DNA from: an uncultured Verrucomicrobiae bacterium
Lineage (GTDB): Bacteria > Verrucomicrobiota > Verrucomicrobiia > Chthoniobacterales > UBA10450
DNA: 64,000 bases
Assembly (NCBI GenBank): GCA_963756875.1
Contig: CAVWPA010000003.1
Location: 480,001-544,000 of the forward strand
Direction: 5' to 3'
The notes below the pieces were generated by a model. That model saw nothing but the letters and a program-made list of their open reading frames with translations, ran no database searches and was not told the origin of the DNA. This document shows, in pieces, positions 60,030 through 64,000 of this stretch. The stretch's first letter is position 1, and each line of letters starts with the position of its first letter. Made by a program: the position numbers and the translations under genes.

Positions 60030-61007
60030 ATGGAAGTAGTCGTCAGCCCGGTCCTTCCCAGGCCGCGCGAGCAGATGGCGCCGCCGTCGCGTCTGGGCGA
60101 CAAAGCCTTTGAATGGCTGACGATGGCCATGGCGCTGGCCGTGGTTGTCCTTGTTTTTCTCGTCGGGTGGCAGCTTGCGCGCGGCTCCTCGCTCGCCATC
60201 CGGCGTTTTGGGTTTCATTTTCTGGTTACCTCGACGTGGAATCCGGTGACCGAGCAATTCGGCGCTCTTCCCTTCATCTATGGGACGGTCGTTTCATCGC
60301 TCATCGCACTAATTATTGCGGTGCCCTTGAGCATCGCCACGGCCATTTATCTGACCGAGCTTGCTCCGCTATGGCTTCGCCAGCCGCTCGTTTCCTTGAT
60401 CGAGATGCTGGCTGCGATCCCCAGCGTCATTCTCGGATTGTGGGGAATTTTTGTAATGATTCCGTGGCTGCGTGATTATCCGTTTCCGTTCCTGAAGGAT
60501 TCGTTCGGCTGGACCCCCTTTTTCCGCGGGCCGATTTACGGGGTCAGTATGCTGGCGGGCGGAATCATCATTGCGATCATGATTTTGCCGATCATTACGT
60601 CGGTCTCGCGGGAGATTTTGAGGAGTGTGCCGAATTTGCAGCGCGAAGCCGCCTATGCGCTCGGCGCAACGCGCTGGGAGGTGACACGCATCGCGGTTCT
60701 CAGCTACGCCAAGAAGGGATTGTTTGGCGCTGTGATTCTCGGCCTTGGCCGTGCCCTCGGGGAAACAATGGCCGTAACGATGGTCATTGGAAACACGCCG
60801 CAAATTTCCGCTTCCCTGTTTGCTCCCGGCTATACTCTAGCCAGCGTGATTGCGAACGAGTTCACGGAAGCGACCACCGACATGTATTTGCAGGCATTGT
60901 TTGAGATCGGGCTGGTTCTCTTTGGAATTACCGTGCTGGCGAACCTCCTTGCGCAACTGCTTTTGAAAACAATGGGGACGAAAATAACGGGGCGCGCAGT
61001 GCAATGA
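60030..61007 (+). CDS. pstC: Phosphate ABC permease
   Basis: LAAIPSV..GLWG, RALGETMAV. Confidence 0.95.
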   Translation: MEVVVSPVLPRPREQMAPPSRLGDKAFEWLTMAMALAVVVLVFLVGWQLARGSSLAIRRFGFHFLVTSTWNPVTEQFGALPFIYGTVVSSLIALIIAVPLSIATAIYLTELAPLWLRQPLVSLIEMLAAIPSVILGLWGIFVMIPWLRDYPFPFLKDSFGWTPFFRGPIYGVSMLAGGIIIAIMILPIITSVSREILRSVPNLQREAAYALGATRWEVTRIAVLSYAKKGLFGAVILGLGRALGETMAVTMVIGNTPQISASLFAPGYTLASVIANEFTEATTDMYLQALFEIGLVLFGITVLANLLAQLLLKTMGTKITGRAVQ

Positions 61008-61867
61008 AAATCCGGGGCAGCTCTGCGAATCATCGATGGCGCAAAATAAAGAGCGCCGGGGCGTCCGCCTTGTCTTTTGTCGCTGCTGTCCTGGTCGTTG
61101 CGCCATTGGGCCTGGTCTTCTTCCATTTGCTAAAGAGCGGCGCCAGTTCGGTGAACTGGGCCTTCTTTACGCAACTGCCAAAACCGGTAGGAGCAGTTGG
61201 TGGAGGAATGGCCAATGCCATCATGGGATCGTTCGAGCTTCTCGGTCTGGCCGCTCTGGTGGGGGTTCCGATCGGAGTGCTGGGAGGCGTTTACCTCGCC
61301 GAATACGGTTCGGCGCGCGCCAACTCCATGCTGCGCTTCCTCGCGGACGTGCTCAACGGCGTTCCCTCGATCATTTGGGGCGTCGTGGTGTACGGGTTGG
61401 TCGTGCTTCGCTTCAAAAGCTTCTCGGCTTACGCCGGTGGTCTGGCGCTTGGCTTTATGATGGTTCCTTTGGTCATGCGCACGACGGAAGAAGTCATCCT
61501 TCTTGTTCCGAACGGTTATCGCGAGGCCTCTCTCGCGCTCGGAATCAGCCGGTGGAAAACCATTGCTTTCATTGTGATGAAGACCGCCTCGAAAGGAATT
61601 GTCACCGGCATCCTGCTCGCACTCGCACGTGTCGCGGGTGAAACAGCGCCCCTTCTTTTCACCGCTTTCGGAAATCACTTTTGGAACCGTAACTTAAGCG
61701 AGCCGATCGCAGCGCTCCCGCTGCAAATCTTTAGCTATGCCATCTCGCCCTACGATGACTGGCACCGCCAGGCGTGGGCGGGTGCGCTCGTGCTGGTAGT
61801 GGCAATTTTTGTCATCAACGTGGTGGTCCGTTTTCTGACTCGCGGCCGGACAGCTCGTGTTCTATAA
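61004..61867 (+). CDS. pstA: Phosphate ABC permease
   Basis: GVPSI..G, AR..GETAPLLFT. Confidence 0.95.
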   Translation: MKIRGSSANHRWRKIKSAGASALSFVAAVLVVAPLGLVFFHLLKSGASSVNWAFFTQLPKPVGAVGGGMANAIMGSFELLGLAALVGVPIGVLGGVYLAEYGSARANSMLRFLADVLNGVPSIIWGVVVYGLVVLRFKSFSAYAGGLALGFMMVPLVMRTTEEVILLVPNGYREASLALGISRWKTIAFIVMKTASKGIVTGILLALARVAGETAPLLFTAFGNHFWNRNLSEPIAALPLQIFSYAISPYDDWHRQAWAGALVLVVAIFVINVVVRFLTRGRTARVL

Positions 61868-61885
61868 AGAATAGGGAATTATCGC

Positions 61886-62728
61886 ATGCTTGAGACTATG
61901 CCTCTGCAGGAATCAATTGCTGATGAGCGCGTGAAATCTGAAGCGATACCGGAAGAGTCGCCGCCTCCGCCGGCGCTTGAGTTTGCGGTGAGGAACCTGT
62001 CCCTTTGGTACGGCGAAAAGAAGGCGATCTCAAACGTCACCATTGATATTCCTGCGAAGACGATCACCTCCATTATCGGCCCCAGCGGCTGCGGGAAATC
62101 CACGTTTTTGCGCTGTTTGAACCGAATGCATGAGCTGGTGCCCAGCGCGCGCATCGAGGGGGAAGTGCTTTTTCACGGCGAAAATCTTTATGCGCCCAAC
62201 ACCGACCCGGCCGTAATTCGTCGTCAAATCGGAATGGTTTTTCAAAAATCAAATCCCTTCCCGACCATGTCGATCGCGGAGAACGTCACTGTCGGACTCC
62301 GATTGAATGGGGTCCGCAATCGCCGGTTGCTTCACGAGCGGCTCGAAAAATCGCTGCGCATGGCCGCTCTTTGGGACGAGGTAAAGGACGATTTGCATAA
62401 ACCCGGGATCAGCCTGTCGGGCGGTCAGCAGCAACGGCTTTGTATCGCGCGGGCCATCGCAGTGGAACCGGACGTACTTTTAATGGATGAACCGGCCTCG
62501 GCGCTCGATCCGATCGCGACCGCGAAGATCGAAGAGTTGATTCACGAACTCAGCACCAAGTATACGGTGGTCATCGTGACGCACAACATGCAGCAGGCGG
62601 GACGTTGTTCGGATTATACCGCATTCTTTTATCTCGGCCGGCTCATTGAGTTTGGATCGACCGGCAAAATTTTCACAAATCCGAGCGAACGGCAGACAGA
62701 GGATTATATTACAGGGCGATTTGGTTGA
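61886..62728 (+). CDS. pstB: Phosphate ABC ATPase
   Basis: [32 protein letters not shown]. Confidence 0.96.
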   Translation: MLETMPLQESIADERVKSEAIPEESPPPPALEFAVRNLSLWYGEKKAISNVTIDIPAKTITSIIGPSGCGKSTFLRCLNRMHELVPSARIEGEVLFHGENLYAPNTDPAVIRRQIGMVFQKSNPFPTMSIAENVTVGLRLNGVRNRRLLHERLEKSLRMAALWDEVKDDLHKPGISLSGGQQQRLCIARAIAVEPDVLLMDEPASALDPIATAKIEELIHELSTKYTVVIVTHNMQQAGRCSDYTAFFYLGRLIEFGSTGKIFTNPSERQTEDYITGRFG

Positions 62729-62778
62729 TAATCACAGGGCGGGTTTTCCGCTCTCAGGATAAAGGTGAAAGAACGACG

Positions 62779-63462
62779 ATGATCGCTCAAAAACACATTC
62801 TTGGATCGTTTGACGAAGCGCTCGCTTCGCTGCGCAACAACGTGCTGATGATGGCGGGGTTGGCCGAGCGGAGTCTGGAACGCGCGGTCAAAGGATTGCT
62901 CGAGCGGGACGACGATCTGTGTGCGAACGCCATTGCCGACGACGAAGAGATCGACCAGCTGGAAAAGCAGGTGGACAAGGACGGCGTGGACATTCTGCTC
63001 CGTTTTCAACCGGTGGCTTCCGATCTGCGGCGCGTCGTTTCCGCGATGAAGCTCTCTCCCAATATCGAGCGCGTAGCCGATCAGGCCACAAACATCGCCC
63101 GCCGGGCGCGCAAGCTGAACCGGCATCCGCCCCTCCCGGAAATAGAATTGATTGTGCCTCTCCGCGACCGCGCCATGTCGATGTTCAGGGACAGTGTGGA
63201 TGCCTATGTGCGGGAAGACGCGGAACTGGGCCGCGCCGTGGTTCAACGCGATGCGGAACTGGACGAATTGAATCGCAAGGCAGGCCGTCAACTGATCCAG
63301 CGAATGGCCGAGGAGCCGGACCAGCTTCGCGGCTATTTGAATTTGATGTTTATCGCGCGACATCTCGAACGGGTAGGCGACCACGCCACCAACATTGCAG
63401 AGGACGCCGTTTACGCCGCCGCTGCCGAAGACATTCGCCATCAGCCTGTTGCGGGGACCTGA
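62779..63462 (+). CDS. phoU: Phosphate signalling protein PhoU
   Basis: QPVASDLR, ER.AD, LERVGDHATNIAE. Confidence 0.95.
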   Translation: MIAQKHILGSFDEALASLRNNVLMMAGLAERSLERAVKGLLERDDDLCANAIADDEEIDQLEKQVDKDGVDILLRFQPVASDLRRVVSAMKLSPNIERVADQATNIARRARKLNRHPPLPEIELIVPLRDRAMSMFRDSVDAYVREDAELGRAVVQRDAELDELNRKAGRQLIQRMAEEPDQLRGYLNLMFIARHLERVGDHATNIAEDAVYAAAAEDIRHQPVAGT

Positions 63463-63554
63463 CGGCGCCGCTTGCCGGCTGCCGGAAGTCCGGCGAGAGT
63501 AATTTTTAGATTCGGGGGCAACGGCGCCTTCCGAGCGCTTTTATTTTGACCCAA

Positions 63555-64000
63555 ATGCAGCAAGCGACCGCGAAAGCAGGAGCGGAAGAGTCCGCGGAAA
63601 ACGGACAACCACTGCCCCCCGAAGCCGATGCGAAAAGAGAGCTTTCCGATCCCCGAAATTTCATCAACCGCGAGTTAAGCTGGCTCGAATTCAATCGCCG
63701 CGTTCTCGAGGAAGCGCAGGACCCGACCCAGCCACTCATCGAGCGAGTCAAATTCCTCACCATTTTCAGCTCGAACCTCGACGAGTTCTTCGAGATCCGA
63801 GTCGCCGGAATCAAACAACAGATCGAAAGCGAAACGAGCGACGTCGGGCCGGATGGGATGAGCCCGACGGAGACGTTCAATAACATTCGCCGTGTCGCCA
63901 GTGAGCTGGTCGCGACCCAGTATGCGCTTTGGAACAACGAGCTGCTGCCGCAACTGGCGAAAAATGGGATCCGCATTCGCGATGTGACAACATTGAGCGC
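63555..64000 (+). CDS. ppk1: Polyphosphate kinase 1 (5' part, truncated by the window end)
   Basis: Manual translation gives FINRELSWLEFNRRVLEEA...ERVKFL.IFSSNLDEFFEIRVAG; absent from the ORF track. Confidence 0.93.
   Translation, partial: MQQATAKAGAEESAENGQPLPPEADAKRELSDPRNFINRELSWLEFNRRVLEEAQDPTQPLIERVKFLTIFSSNLDEFFEIRVAGIKQQIESETSDVGPDGMSPTETFNNIRRVASELVATQYALWNNELLPQLAKNGIRIRDVTTLS

Overview
A GC-rich bacterial chromosomal segment. Gene content and repeat style suggest a soil Verrucomicrobiota (Chthoniobacterales-like) genome; this is inference, not a search result. Housekeeping genes: pdxH, infA, gmhA, fumC, class II RNR nrdJ with tandem NrdR boxes, ilvC, uvrA, tRNA-Val(GAC), tRNA-Ser(CGA) and a pho locus (phoB-phoR-pstSCAB-phoU-ppk1). 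The main accessory theme is cell-surface protein glycosylation. The window holds an exosortase, two TMTC-like and several other GT-C-type membrane glycosyltransferases, a polyprenol-phosphate-mannose synthase, a flippase-GT9 fusion and two near-identical tandem type IV pilins. Six of these surface or glycosylation genes have a sigma54 -24/-12 motif just upstream. Other points: (1) the pilin copies have near-identical CDSs but divergent, structure-conserved flanks; (2) several families of short palindromic elements occur, including in-frame insertions inside uvrA and resB and one nested element; (3) an unexplained structured RNA candidate sits next to tRNA-Ser; (4) a secreted-protein/Lon chimera; (5) a stand-alone HisKA-like microprotein precedes phoB; (6) a tetraheme cytochrome has a CX4CH motif. 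About six frameshifts look like sequencing or consensus indels rather than real pseudogenes. I saw no CRISPR array, rRNA, integrase or transposase.
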